53,373 bases of DNA from Minisyncoccota bacterium (GTDB taxonomy: Bacteria; Patescibacteriota; Minisyncoccia; Phycocordibacterales; UBA9973), in the NCBI GenBank assembly GCA_041666045.1, contig JBAYHR010000005.1, positions 1-53,373 on the forward strand, given 5' to 3'. The translations under genes were made by a program, and so were the position numbers. Positions 9,401-18,295 of the stretch are shown here, piece by piece. Under the pieces are notes generated by a model, which saw only the letters and a program-made list of their open reading frames with translations, was not told the origin of the DNA and did not search any database. The first letter of the stretch is position 1. Every line of letters starts with the position of its first letter.

Positions 9401-9410
9401 TAATGTATAA

Positions 9411-10067
9411 ATGGAAAGAAAAGAAAACTTTATACAAGGAGAATTGTATCATATTTATAATCGTGGAGTGGAAAAACGAATAATATTTCAAGGTGTTTCA
9501 GATTATAAAAGATTTTTAGCACTTTTATATATAGCCAATAGTGAAAATACTGTACAACTTCGTAATGATTTTTTAAAAACAAATTCACTTGATGAAATTT
9601 TTGAAAAAGATCGTGGCAAACAACTTGTAGCTATAGGCGCTTATTGTTTAATGCCAAATCATTTTCATCTACTTCTTACTCCCCTAATAGACGGGGGAAT
9701 ATCAAAATTTATGCTCAAACTTCAAACTGGCTATTCAATGTATTTTAATAAAAAAAATGACAGAGTTGGTGCTTTATTTCAAGGAATATTTAAATCACAA
9801 CATATATCTGATGATATATATTTAAAATATATTTATGCTTACATCCATCTTAATCCAGCAAAATTAAAAAATTCTAATTGGAAAACACAATCAAAAAGTT
9901 TTTTAAATCAATTAAAAAACTTTATCGCTGAATATTCTTATTCCAGCCTAAAAGAATATATTTTGAACAAATTTAAAATAATAAATCCTAAACCCTTTCC
10001 TGTTGATAAAAAAGATATCTCAAATTACAATTCCATTGTAGATGATTTTAGTGAGGGTATTTACTAA
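9411..10067 (+). CDS. IS200/IS605-like Y1 (HUH) transposase, REP-associated tyrosine transposase (RAYT)-like
   Basis: 218 aa. HUH motif in CLMPNHFHLLL and the catalytic Tyr region YIYAYIHLNPA. Confidence 0.75.
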   Translation: MERKENFIQGELYHIYNRGVEKRIIFQGVSDYKRFLALLYIANSENTVQLRNDFLKTNSLDEIFEKDRGKQLVAIGAYCLMPNHFHLLLTPLIDGGISKFMLKLQTGYSMYFNKKNDRVGALFQGIFKSQHISDDIYLKYIYAYIHLNPAKLKNSNWKTQSKSFLNQLKNFIAEYSYSSLKEYILNKFKIINPKPFPVDKKDISNYNSIVDDFSEGIY

Positions 10068-10096
10068 GATACCAAGGGTTCCCCTTGGTATCTTAG
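10064..10096. repeat. REP-like palindrome copy 3 (ctaagaTACCAAGGG-TTC-CCCTTGGTAtcttag)
   Basis: 15-bp perfect stem, overlapping the stop codon of the transposase gene. Confidence 0.75.
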
Positions 10097-10117
10097 TAAT
10101 AATGCTAAAATTTAAAT

Positions 10118-10597
10118 ATGAAAATTTTAGGAATTGATCCGGGTTTTGAAAGACTTGGGGTCGCAGTGTTAGAAAAAAATAAAAGTGATAAAAAAGAAAA
10201 AGTAATTTTTTCAGAGTGTTTTCACACCTCTCCAAAATTAGAATTTTCTGAAAGACTTAAATTAATCGGTGAAGAAGTTAAAAACATAATAAAAAAATAT
10301 AAACCTGAAGTTTTATCTATTGAAACTTTATTTTTAACAACAAATCAAAAAACTGTAATGCATGTGGCAGAAGCAAGAGGGGTTGTGATTTATGAAGCAA
10401 TAAAAGCAAATTTAAAAATTTTTGAAGCTTCTCCTCCGCAAATAAAAATAGCTACGACTGGTTACGGAAAAGCGGATAAAAATCAAATAATTAAAATGGT
10501 AAAAATATTAGTTGATATAGATAATTCTAAAAAATCTGATGATGAATTAGATGCGATAGCCATAGCATTGACTGCCTTTGCTTGTATGCGAAATTAA
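10118..10597 (+). CDS. ruvC: crossover junction endodeoxyribonuclease RuvC
   Basis: 159 aa with MKILGIDPGFERLG and the C-terminal DELDAIAIAL motif. Confidence 0.9.
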   Translation: MKILGIDPGFERLGVAVLEKNKSDKKEKVIFSECFHTSPKLEFSERLKLIGEEVKNIIKKYKPEVLSIETLFLTTNQKTVMHVAEARGVVIYEAIKANLKIFEASPPQIKIATTGYGKADKNQIIKMVKILVDIDNSKKSDDELDAIAIALTAFACMRN

Positions 10598-10691
10598 AAA
10601 CATAAACTTCCGAGTTATCCACATATTTTATTGCCAAGAACTCTGTATTTTGGTACAAAATAGGAAATTAAAAAATAATTTTTTATTAATA

Positions 10692-10745
10692 CCTGCCCGC
10701 AATGCTTTCATTGCATAGCTAATGCAGGCGGGGGTCGTTTTTAGA
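10692..10745 (+). terminator. GC-rich structured element followed by a T-run (possible ruvC terminator)
   Basis: In cctgcccgcaatgctttcattgcatagctaatgcaggcggggg, cctgc pairs with gcagg and encloses the hairpin gcaatg-cttt-cattgc. It is followed by tcgttttt. Confidence 0.3.
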
Positions 10746-10763
10746 AATTAAAAAATATATAAT

Positions 10764-10922
10764 ATGGACGATGAAGAATTAGCAGAAGAAAAAAGTTTCA
10801 AAGCAAGTGATCTTGATGATGAAACTTTTGTTGACGATATTGACGAACCATTAGAACCACCAGAAGGTGGAGTTGATCTTGGAGACGATGAGGAAGAAGA
10901 CCCAGATAGCCACTTTCATTAA
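10764..10922 (+). CDS. small highly acidic protein (52 aa), unknown function
   Basis: Not in the ORF track (below its size cut-off). ATG at 10764, TAA at 10920-10922, product MDDEELAEEKSFKASDLDDETFVDDIDEPLEPPEGGVDLGDDEEEDPDSHFH. A strong terminator follows directly. Confidence 0.4.
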   Translation: MDDEELAEEKSFKASDLDDETFVDDIDEPLEPPEGGVDLGDDEEEDPDSHFH

Positions 10923-10929
10923 AATAAAA

Positions 10930-10952
10930 AACCGCCCATTGGGCGGTTTTTT
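10930..10952. terminator. bidirectional rho-independent terminator
   Basis: aaaaaaccgcccattgggcggtttttta: a GC stem flanked by an A-run and a T-run, between the convergent acidic ORF and tyrS. Confidence 0.65.
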
Positions 10953-12147
10953 ATTTAACTATAATTTTTACAAACCTTTTCTTGCCAATTTTAAGAGTTA
11001 AATTCTTTGTTATTTTTATATTAAAATCAGATATATGTTTATTTTCAATTAAATCATGAATTGCATTACCTTCTACTAATCTTCTCCATTCTCCTTTTGA
11101 AGATAAAATATTATTTTTTACCAAAACATCCGCCAATAAATCTCCAGCGCTACATTTTACTTCTTCCATCTCGTCTGGAATTTCTTTCTTAGAAAAAACA
11201 TTTTCCCAATTTTCTTCTGCCTTTTCAGCTTCTTTTTTAGAATGATAAAAAGAAATTATTTCTTTTGCCAATATTTTTTTAAATATCATTGGGTTTTCTC
11301 CGTTTTTTATAGAATTCTCTATTTTGTTTATTTCATCTATTCCCATATTCGTTGTAAGTAAAAAATATTTTGTAATAAGCTCATCTTTTAAAGACATAAC
11401 TTTACCAAACATTTCTTCTGGTGTATCAATAACAGAAATTATATTACCCCAAGAAGAAGACATTTTTCGTCCATCTGTTCCTTCAAGCATTGAAAGAACC
11501 ATAATATCTTGTTCTTTTTGTCCATATCTTTTTTGAACAATTCTTCCCGCTTTTAAATTAAAAAGCTGGTCAAAACCACCAATCTCAACATCTGCCTTAA
11601 CAACAACACTGTCATATCCTTGCAATGCGGGATATAAAAATTCAACCATAAAAATATCTTGTCCTGCATCTAATCTTTCTTTAAAATTTCTTCTTTTGGT
11701 CATCTGTTGAACAGTAAAACACTCCAGCAGTTGTCCTATTTCAAAAAAATTCATTTTCTTTAGCCATTCTGAATTATATCTAACTTCTACATTTTTAATA
11801 TCTAAAATAAGAGCAACTTGTTTTATATATTTTTTTAAATTACTTTTTATCTGCTCGTCTGTAAGCATTGGTCTTTTCTCTAATTTATCGGACGGATCTC
11901 CTATTTTTGCTGTATAATCACCAACAATAAAAACAATGTGGTGTCCTAAATCTTGAAAAGCTTTTAACTTAAGAAGGGTTACTGCCCGTCCAAGATGTAT
12001 GTATGGACTAGTAGGATCAATTCCCAACTTAATTCTTAATTTTTTACCAGAAAGAAGTTTTTCTTTTAAATCTTCTTTTATAAAAATATCTTCAACCCCC
12101 CTGGTCAAAACATCATCTATTTGTTTTTCATCCGTTATAACTTTCAT
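10951..12147 (-). CDS. tyrS: tyrosyl-tRNA synthetase
   Basis: 398 aa. HIGH-type motif (PYIHLGRA), KMSKS-type motif (KMSSSWGN) and a C-terminal S4-like domain. Confidence 0.9.
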   Translation of the reverse strand: MKVITDEKQIDDVLTRGVEDIFIKEDLKEKLLSGKKLRIKLGIDPTSPYIHLGRAVTLLKLKAFQDLGHHIVFIVGDYTAKIGDPSDKLEKRPMLTDEQIKSNLKKYIKQVALILDIKNVEVRYNSEWLKKMNFFEIGQLLECFTVQQMTKRRNFKERLDAGQDIFMVEFLYPALQGYDSVVVKADVEIGGFDQLFNLKAGRIVQKRYGQKEQDIMVLSMLEGTDGRKMSSSWGNIISVIDTPEEMFGKVMSLKDELITKYFLLTTNMGIDEINKIENSIKNGENPMIFKKILAKEIISFYHSKKEAEKAEENWENVFSKKEIPDEMEEVKCSAGDLLADVLVKNNILSSKGEWRRLVEGNAIHDLIENKHISDFNIKITKNLTLKIGKKRFVKIIVK

Positions 12148-12188
12148 TCTATGGATTATAACACATAATCTGCTATGATTATAAAAAC

Positions 12189-14705
12189 ATGATAAAAAGA
12201 TCTAAAAATAAAAGATTTATGAAAAACTTAGTACTTTTTGGCGCTGGAGCTTTTATTTTTATAATTGGAGCTGGAATAATTTGGATTTCTTCTTTTAAAA
12301 TACCAGATTTTCGATCTTTTGAAGATAGAAAATTAATAAATTCTACAAAAATATATGACCGTACTGGAGAAATTCTTCTTTATGACATACATCAAGATGT
12401 AAAAAGAACAAATATTTCTTTTAACAGCATGGGCTCAAATATTAAAAATGCTACCGTGGCCGTCGAAGATTCAGAATTTTACAACCATAAAGGAATAAGA
12501 ATCACCTCAATTCTAAGAGCAACAATCTGGGCAAAACTAACAGGTAAAAAAGTTACTGGCGCTTCAACAATTACTCAACAATTAGTAAAAAATACTTTAC
12601 TTAATTCACAACAAACAATTGGCAGAAAAATAAAAGAATGGGTATTGGCAATAAAAATAGACCAATCAATGCCAAAAGAGAAAATTTTGGAATATTATTT
12701 AAATGAAGCTCCTTATGGAGGTAATATTTATGGAATTGAAGAAGCAGCTAAAACATACTTTGCAAAAACAGCACAAGACTTAACGCTTTCAGAAGCTGCC
12801 TATTTAGCGGCAATGCCCCAATCACCAACAACACTTTCTCCTTATGGTAAAAATAAAGCAAAATTAGACGAAAGAAAAAATTTTGTTCTTTTTAGAATGA
12901 AAGAAGTTGGTTTTATAACAGAAGAGGAATACAATAAAGCAAAAAATGAAATAATTACTTTTCAACCACAAGCAACTGGTGGAATAAAAGCTCCACATTT
13001 TGTTTTCTTTATTAAAGATTATTTGGAACAAAAATATGGAGCAAGTGTAGTGGAACAAGGTGGACTAAAAGTCATAACAACAATTGATTATAATTTACAA
13101 GCAAAAGGAGAACAAATCGTAAAAGAAGGGGCACTGCAAAATGAAAAAGACTGGAATGGAGAAAACGCTGGACTTGTAGCAATTGACCCAAAAACTGGTC
13201 AAATTATAACAATGGTTGGATCTCGTGATTATTTTGATAAAAATATAGATGGTAATTACAATATAGCCACAGCACACAGACAGCCTGGGTCTTCTTTTAA
13301 GCCTTTTATTTACGCCACAGCCTTCAATAAGGGCTTTACACCAAACTCAGTACTGTTTGACTTACCAACAGAATTTTCTACTACCTGCGATGCTTATGGA
13401 AAGCCATTACCAGGACATAGCAAAAGTAATTGTTATAAACCAGATAATTATGATGGAAAATTTCGTGGACCAATAAGTTTACGAAATGCACTAGGACAAT
13501 CAATAAATATTCCAGCTGTAAAACTTTTCTATTTAGTTGGACTTCAAAATGCCCTAAAAACATCTGAAGATATGGGAATAAGCACACTTACTGACATAAA
13601 TAGATATGGACTTACTTTGGTTATCGGAGGCGGAGAAGTTTCATTACTTGATATGACCTCAGCTTATAGTGTGTTTGCAAACAACGGAATAAGAAATCCA
13701 TACACTGGAATCTTAAAAATTGAAGATATGAATGGAAAAGTTCTGGAAGAATTCGCGCAAAAACCGCAAGAAATTTTACCTAAAAACACAGCCTTAATTA
13801 TTTCTGACATTTTGTCTGATAATGTTGCTCGCACTCCAACCTTCGGCGCGAATTCAGTATTAAATATTCCAGGCAAAGATATTGCTGTAAAAACAGGAAC
13901 CACAAACAGCAATAAAGATGCTTGGACTATTGGATACACTCCCTCTATTTCTGTTGGTGTGTGGGCTGGAAACAATAATAACACTCCAATGAAAAAAGGA
14001 GGTTCGGCTGTCGCTGGGCCTATTTGGAATAAATTTATAAACGAAGCGTTAAAAATCTTGCCTGATGAAAAATTTGAAAAACCAAACATAGAAACCGATC
14101 CCGAAAAATTAAAACCTGTTTTGCGTGGATTATGGCAAGGCAATGAACATTTTTTTATAGATAAAATTTCTGGAAAATTAGCTAATGAATTTACTCCTAG
14201 TGAGACAAAACAAGAAAAAGTTATAACAAACGTGCATTCAATTCTTTATTGGATAAACAGAGATGATATTTTAGGACAACCACCAGTAAATCCACAAGAT
14301 GATTCACAGTTTAATCATTGGGAAATTCCTGTACAAAATTGGTGGACACAAAATAAAGGAAAATATAAAATAACGACATTAGCTGAAATTCCACAAACAA
14401 TAGATGATGTACATACTGAAACAAACAAACCAAATATTTTAATTATTGAACCAAATACAACAACAAGCTATTTACCTGACCAAAAAATTCAACTTAAAAT
14501 TTTAAGTACTGGTAGTTTTCCCCTTCAAAAAATAGATGTTTTTGTGAATGATATTTATTTAGGAACATCTAACTCTCCATTTAATTTTTCTTTTATTCCT
14601 TCCGATCTTGATAATTTAAAAAGTGAAAATGAATTAAAAATAATATCTTACGACACTGTTTATAATAGAGGAGAAAATACTTCTGTTTTTAAAATACAAG
14701 AATAA
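12189..14705 (+). CDS. class A penicillin-binding protein (transglycosylase/transpeptidase, PBP1A-like)
   Basis: 838 aa. N-terminal TM anchor, GT51 motifs (EDSEFYNHKGI, TITQQLVKN), transpeptidase motifs SSFKP and KTGTT, plus a C-terminal extension of about 190 aa. Confidence 0.9.
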   Translation: MIKRSKNKRFMKNLVLFGAGAFIFIIGAGIIWISSFKIPDFRSFEDRKLINSTKIYDRTGEILLYDIHQDVKRTNISFNSMGSNIKNATVAVEDSEFYNHKGIRITSILRATIWAKLTGKKVTGASTITQQLVKNTLLNSQQTIGRKIKEWVLAIKIDQSMPKEKILEYYLNEAPYGGNIYGIEEAAKTYFAKTAQDLTLSEAAYLAAMPQSPTTLSPYGKNKAKLDERKNFVLFRMKEVGFITEEEYNKAKNEIITFQPQATGGIKAPHFVFFIKDYLEQKYGASVVEQGGLKVITTIDYNLQAKGEQIVKEGALQNEKDWNGENAGLVAIDPKTGQIITMVGSRDYFDKNIDGNYNIATAHRQPGSSFKPFIYATAFNKGFTPNSVLFDLPTEFSTTCDAYGKPLPGHSKSNCYKPDNYDGKFRGPISLRNALGQSINIPAVKLFYLVGLQNALKTSEDMGISTLTDINRYGLTLVIGGGEVSLLDMTSAYSVFANNGIRNPYTGILKIEDMNGKVLEEFAQKPQEILPKNTALIISDILSDNVARTPTFGANSVLNIPGKDIAVKTGTTNSNKDAWTIGYTPSISVGVWAGNNNNTPMKKGGSAVAGPIWNKFINEALKILPDEKFEKPNIETDPEKLKPVLRGLWQGNEHFFIDKISGKLANEFTPSETKQEKVITNVHSILYWINRDDILGQPPVNPQDDSQFNHWEIPVQNWWTQNKGKYKITTLAEIPQTIDDVHTETNKPNILIIEPNTTTSYLPDQKIQLKILSTGSFPLQKIDVFVNDIYLGTSNSPFNFSFIPSDLDNLKSENELKIISYDTVYNRGENTSVFKIQE

Positions 14706-14963
14706 TTACCTTATATTGTGCGGAGATTTTTTACCTAAATTTTCTTTCAATTTCAAAAAGATTTTATTTTTTTTGAAAAAAATTTCATTTTTATAAATTG
14801 GTTTTATGTTCAAATAAACCGTTCCATTTTTTATTTTTATATCTTCAGATTTTATCTGTAAATTAATAACTTCAGAAATTATATTTTTTATTGATTCCTT
14901 TTTAATTTCTTCTGATATGAGAAGATTTTGAAATTTTAAAAGCAGATCTTTTATTTCTATCAT
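14706..14963 (-). CDS. hypothetical protein downstream of dnaN (position typical of DUF721-like proteins)
   Basis: 85-aa ORF tightly coupled to dnaN (1-nt gap). The family assignment rests on context only. Confidence 0.35.
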   Translation of the reverse strand: MIEIKDLLLKFQNLLISEEIKKESIKNIISEVINLQIKSEDIKIKNGTVYLNIKPIYKNEIFFKKNKIFLKLKENLGKKSPHNIR

Positions 14964-14964
14964 A

Positions 14965-16062
14965 TTATCTATTCATTGGCATTATAAGATAAATAAATGA
15001 TGAATCGGAAACCGGAGCTACAACCATTGGCTTAGAAGCTTCATTTAATTTTATAGAAATACTATCGGTCGTAATAGATTGGAAACAATCAAGAAAATAT
15101 TTATAATTAAAACCAAGTTCTATGTTTTCACCTGTTATTGCGGAATCTAATTGTGTTTTGTTTTCTCCAATATCATTATTTGAAGAGGAAAGTTCAAAAA
15201 TTTTTTCTTTAGCTAAAATTTTTAAGTTTACTTGATTAAATTTATCTGAAAAGATATTAGAAATTTTTAATGCATTTAATAAATCTTGTTTTAAAACCAC
15301 CACTTCTGTTTTAAATTCTTTTGGAATAATTTGAGTATAATCTGGGAAAATTCCATCAATAACGCGTGATGTTAAATAAATATCCTCTGAAGAAAATGAA
15401 ATCTGGTTTTTATTAAAACAAACCTTAATATCACCAGAAAATTCTCCAAAAACCCTTAATATTTCTGGTATATTTTTAAAAGGAATAAGTATTCCATTAA
15501 TTTCTTCAAGTCCTTTTACTTTAACCCTTTTTTCAGCCAATCTAAAAGAATCTGTTGAAACAAACATTAAATTATCTTCCTTTGAATAAATAAAAACACT
15601 TGAAATTTCGGGCTTTATGTCGGATACAGACGAACTATAATAAACTGACTTTATTCCATCTATTAATTTTTTAGATTCTATTTCAAAAGATTTTCCAGAA
15701 ACCATTGGTATGGTCGGAAAATCATCGTGAGCTTGTCCTTTTAATTTTATTTGATTCTTTTTTGTTTTAATTAATAAATTTCCATCTTCACCTGTTAAAT
15801 ATATATTTTCATTTTGAAAAATATTAGAAAAAACACCAACTAAAACTGATCCTGAAACTGCTACAATTCCTTCTTTTTCAACTTTTGCAGGAATTTCAAT
15901 TTCAACACCAAGACTTAAATTTGTAGCCCTAAGTTTTAAGGATTTTCCAGATGCAATAAAAAGAATAGAATTTAAAACGGGTAATGTTAAATTTTTTCCA
16001 GTAATTTTTTCTACTTGATTTATCGCATTTTTAATTTTTTCAATATTACATTCTATTTTCAT
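14965..16062 (-). CDS. dnaN: DNA polymerase III beta sliding clamp
   Basis: 365 aa with a three-domain clamp-like pattern, immediately downstream of dnaA. Confidence 0.9.
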   Translation of the reverse strand: MKIECNIEKIKNAINQVEKITGKNLTLPVLNSILFIASGKSLKLRATNLSLGVEIEIPAKVEKEGIVAVSGSVLVGVFSNIFQNENIYLTGEDGNLLIKTKKNQIKLKGQAHDDFPTIPMVSGKSFEIESKKLIDGIKSVYYSSSVSDIKPEISSVFIYSKEDNLMFVSTDSFRLAEKRVKVKGLEEINGILIPFKNIPEILRVFGEFSGDIKVCFNKNQISFSSEDIYLTSRVIDGIFPDYTQIIPKEFKTEVVVLKQDLLNALKISNIFSDKFNQVNLKILAKEKIFELSSSNNDIGENKTQLDSAITGENIELGFNYKYFLDCFQSITTDSISIKLNEASKPMVVAPVSDSSFIYLIMPMNR

Positions 16063-16301
16063 ATATTTGTTTATATCTTATATATTTAATCTATTAATAT
16101 TATTAGGTCTGTTTATAAGTGGATAAGTCTATTTTAAATTATTTTATATACTTATTTTAAATTTATTTTAAATTTTATTATTCTAATAACTTTTAATTTA
16201 ATATTTAACTTTTTTGTTTTTATAATTTTTTAACTTTTTAATCTTTTTTATTAACACATTTTATTTTAATTATTATTAATTTTTCAACTGTTTATTAACA
16301 C
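16063..16301. promoter_or_regulatory. candidate oriC / DNA unwinding region (dnaA-dnaN intergenic)
   Basis: Extremely AT-rich 239-bp spacer with reiterated ttttaa/atttta tracts and one DnaA-box-like 9-mer (TTATCCACT on the minus strand, 16118-16126). Confidence 0.4.
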
Positions 16302-17645
16302 CTATTTAAACATTACTCTTATCTGTTCTAGTTCTTGAAGAAGTTGCGGATCATTTTTTAAATCAGTTTTTATTTTTAAATATGAATGTATTACTGTTGT
16401 ATGATCTTTTCCTCCCAGCTTTTGTCCTATTAAAGGATAAGAAACATTAAAATCTTCTCTTAATAAATACATAACAATTTGTCTTGCTTTGACTATCTCT
16501 TTTCTCCTTGTTTTTTCGTAAATTGATGATTCTTCAAGTCCATAATGATCACTAACTATTTTTACAACATCTTTTATTGCAACATTTTTTTTAGGTTTTA
16601 TATTGTTTTTTAATAAATTTTTTATTTCAGAAATAGAAAGAGGCTTATTTTTTAAGCGGTATTGGCAGATAATAGCATTTAGGCTTCCCTCAAGTTCACG
16701 AATATTGCCTTGTATAACAGAAGCAACATATTCTACTATTTCTTTATCTAATTCAATATTTAGTTCTTGTAATTTTACTTTTAAAATTGCTAGGCGAGAT
16801 TCATATTCTGGTTCAGAAACGTCCACAATCATTCCCGCGGAAAATCTAGACTTCAAACGATCTGCTAGTTCAGGAATATAGTTTGGGTGTTTGTCTGAAG
16901 AAAAAATAATTTGCTTATTATTTTCATGAAAAGTGTTAAATGTATGGAAAAGTTCTTCTTGGATTTTTTCCATTTTACCAATGAATTGTATGTCATCTAT
17001 GATTAAAAGATCATATTTGCGATATTTTTCTTTAAAAGAATTTGCTTTGTTTCCTTGGAGAGAATTAATAAAATCAGTGGCAAATTTTTCCAATGTCATA
17101 TAATGCACTTTTTTGTTTGGATATTTTTCTTTAATTGAGTTTCCAACAGCTTGAATTAAGTGGGTTTTACCAAGTCCAGTACCTCCATACACAAAAAATG
17201 GATTATATTTTGTTCCCGGGCTTTCTATTATTGCTTGAGATGCCGCATATGCAAGTTCATTAAATGCTCCAACGATAAAAGAATTAAAATGATATCTTGG
17301 ATTTAGATTATCTTCTGGATTTATATATAAGTCCTTTAGTGGTAATTCTTTATTTGCGTAAATTTCATTCATTTTAGGCAATTCTTGCTTAGCGGCTTCT
17401 GTTTTTGTGATTATATATTCCACTCCACGCATATTTTCATATGTGTCTGCTATTGTTTTAGTTATTAGTTTATGATATTTATTTTTAAGCCAATCACGAA
17501 CAAATTCATTCGGTACGCCTATATAAACAATACCCCCATCTTCTTTTAAAATACATGTGTTTTTAAACCACGTACTGAAATTTGCTTTTGAGACACCTGT
17601 CTCAATCTCAACTAAACAATTTTTCCAAAGCTGTTTTGTATCCAT
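16302..17645 (-). CDS. dnaA: chromosomal replication initiator DnaA
   Basis: 447 aa with GGTGLGKTHL, LLIIDDIQF and the C-terminal DNA-binding signature GGKDHTTVIHS. Confidence 0.95.
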   Translation of the reverse strand: MDTKQLWKNCLVEIETGVSKANFSTWFKNTCILKEDGGIVYIGVPNEFVRDWLKNKYHKLITKTIADTYENMRGVEYIITKTEAAKQELPKMNEIYANKELPLKDLYINPEDNLNPRYHFNSFIVGAFNELAYAASQAIIESPGTKYNPFFVYGGTGLGKTHLIQAVGNSIKEKYPNKKVHYMTLEKFATDFINSLQGNKANSFKEKYRKYDLLIIDDIQFIGKMEKIQEELFHTFNTFHENNKQIIFSSDKHPNYIPELADRLKSRFSAGMIVDVSEPEYESRLAILKVKLQELNIELDKEIVEYVASVIQGNIRELEGSLNAIICQYRLKNKPLSISEIKNLLKNNIKPKKNVAIKDVVKIVSDHYGLEESSIYEKTRRKEIVKARQIVMYLLREDFNVSYPLIGQKLGGKDHTTVIHSYLKIKTDLKNDPQLLQELEQIRVMFK

Positions 17646-17793
17646 TGGTTAATATTATACTATTCTAATTAATGATTTGAATTTAAAAAACGTATTAACT
17701 ATGTTTATAATCTGTTGATAACTTTTTAGACCACACAATTTGTTTTTATAAAAATGTATTGATTTATTCCTGATAATATTATAGACTCTAATT

Positions 17794-17928
17794 ATGTCAC
17801 AAACATATCAACCAAATAAAAGAAAAAGAGCAAAAACACATGGATTCTTAGTTAGATCTAAAACAAAAAATGGACAGAACGTTCTTCTTCGAAGAAGAAG
17901 AAAAGGGCGTGCAAAACTTACTGTTTAA
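17794..17928 (+). CDS. rpmH: 50S ribosomal protein L34
   Basis: Not in the ORF track (44 aa). Translation is [44 protein letters not shown]. Confidence 0.9.
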   Translation: MSQTYQPNKRKRAKTHGFLVRSKTKNGQNVLLRRRRKGRAKLTV

Positions 17929-17932
17929 TTAA

Positions 17933-18295
17933 ATGCTTCCTAAAAAAAATAGAGCCAACAAAAAGGCAATAGATCAAATCTTTCAAAAAGGTAGGTTTTT
18001 TAGTTCTAGTAATTTAACTTTTAAATTTATTTTAAATAAAAACACAAATCAACCAATGATTTCTTTCATTGTTCCTAAAACTGTTGTAAAAAAGGCAATT
18101 GTACGTAATTTATTAAGAAGACGCGGTTATGCTGTTTTAGAAAAGTATATAAAAGATTTCCCTGTTAGTATGGTAGGGGCTTTTATTTTTGGTAAAAAAA
18201 GTCTTGAAGTTTTTGGAAAGAGAAAAAATAAAAATTATAATCCAATTTTAAATCTTAAAAATGAAATTAAAATCATTATTAATAAAATTCATTAA
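17933..18295 (+). CDS. rnpA: RNase P protein component
   Basis: 120 aa, basic, starts MLPKKNRANKK..., in the conserved rpmH-rnpA-yidD-yidC order. Confidence 0.8.
   Translation: MLPKKNRANKKAIDQIFQKGRFFSSSNLTFKFILNKNTNQPMISFIVPKTVVKKAIVRNLLRRRGYAVLEKYIKDFPVSMVGAFIFGKKSLEVFGKRKNKNYNPILNLKNEIKIIINKIH

Larger units (their letters stand above)
9380..10096 (+). mobile_element. REPtron-like unit: RAYT/IS200-type Y1 transposase flanked by inverted REP palindromes
   Basis: Gene 9411-10067 lies between REP copies at 9380-9400 and 10070-10090 (extended palindrome 10064-10096). Confidence 0.6.

Noticed and set aside
16063-16301. Periodic AT-rich reiterations that might look like a repeat array or CRISPR
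   Set aside because: There are no conserved direct repeats of 24-40 nt with unique spacers. The pattern is simple A/T tract periodicity, consistent with a DNA unwinding element or promoter region. No cas genes are present.
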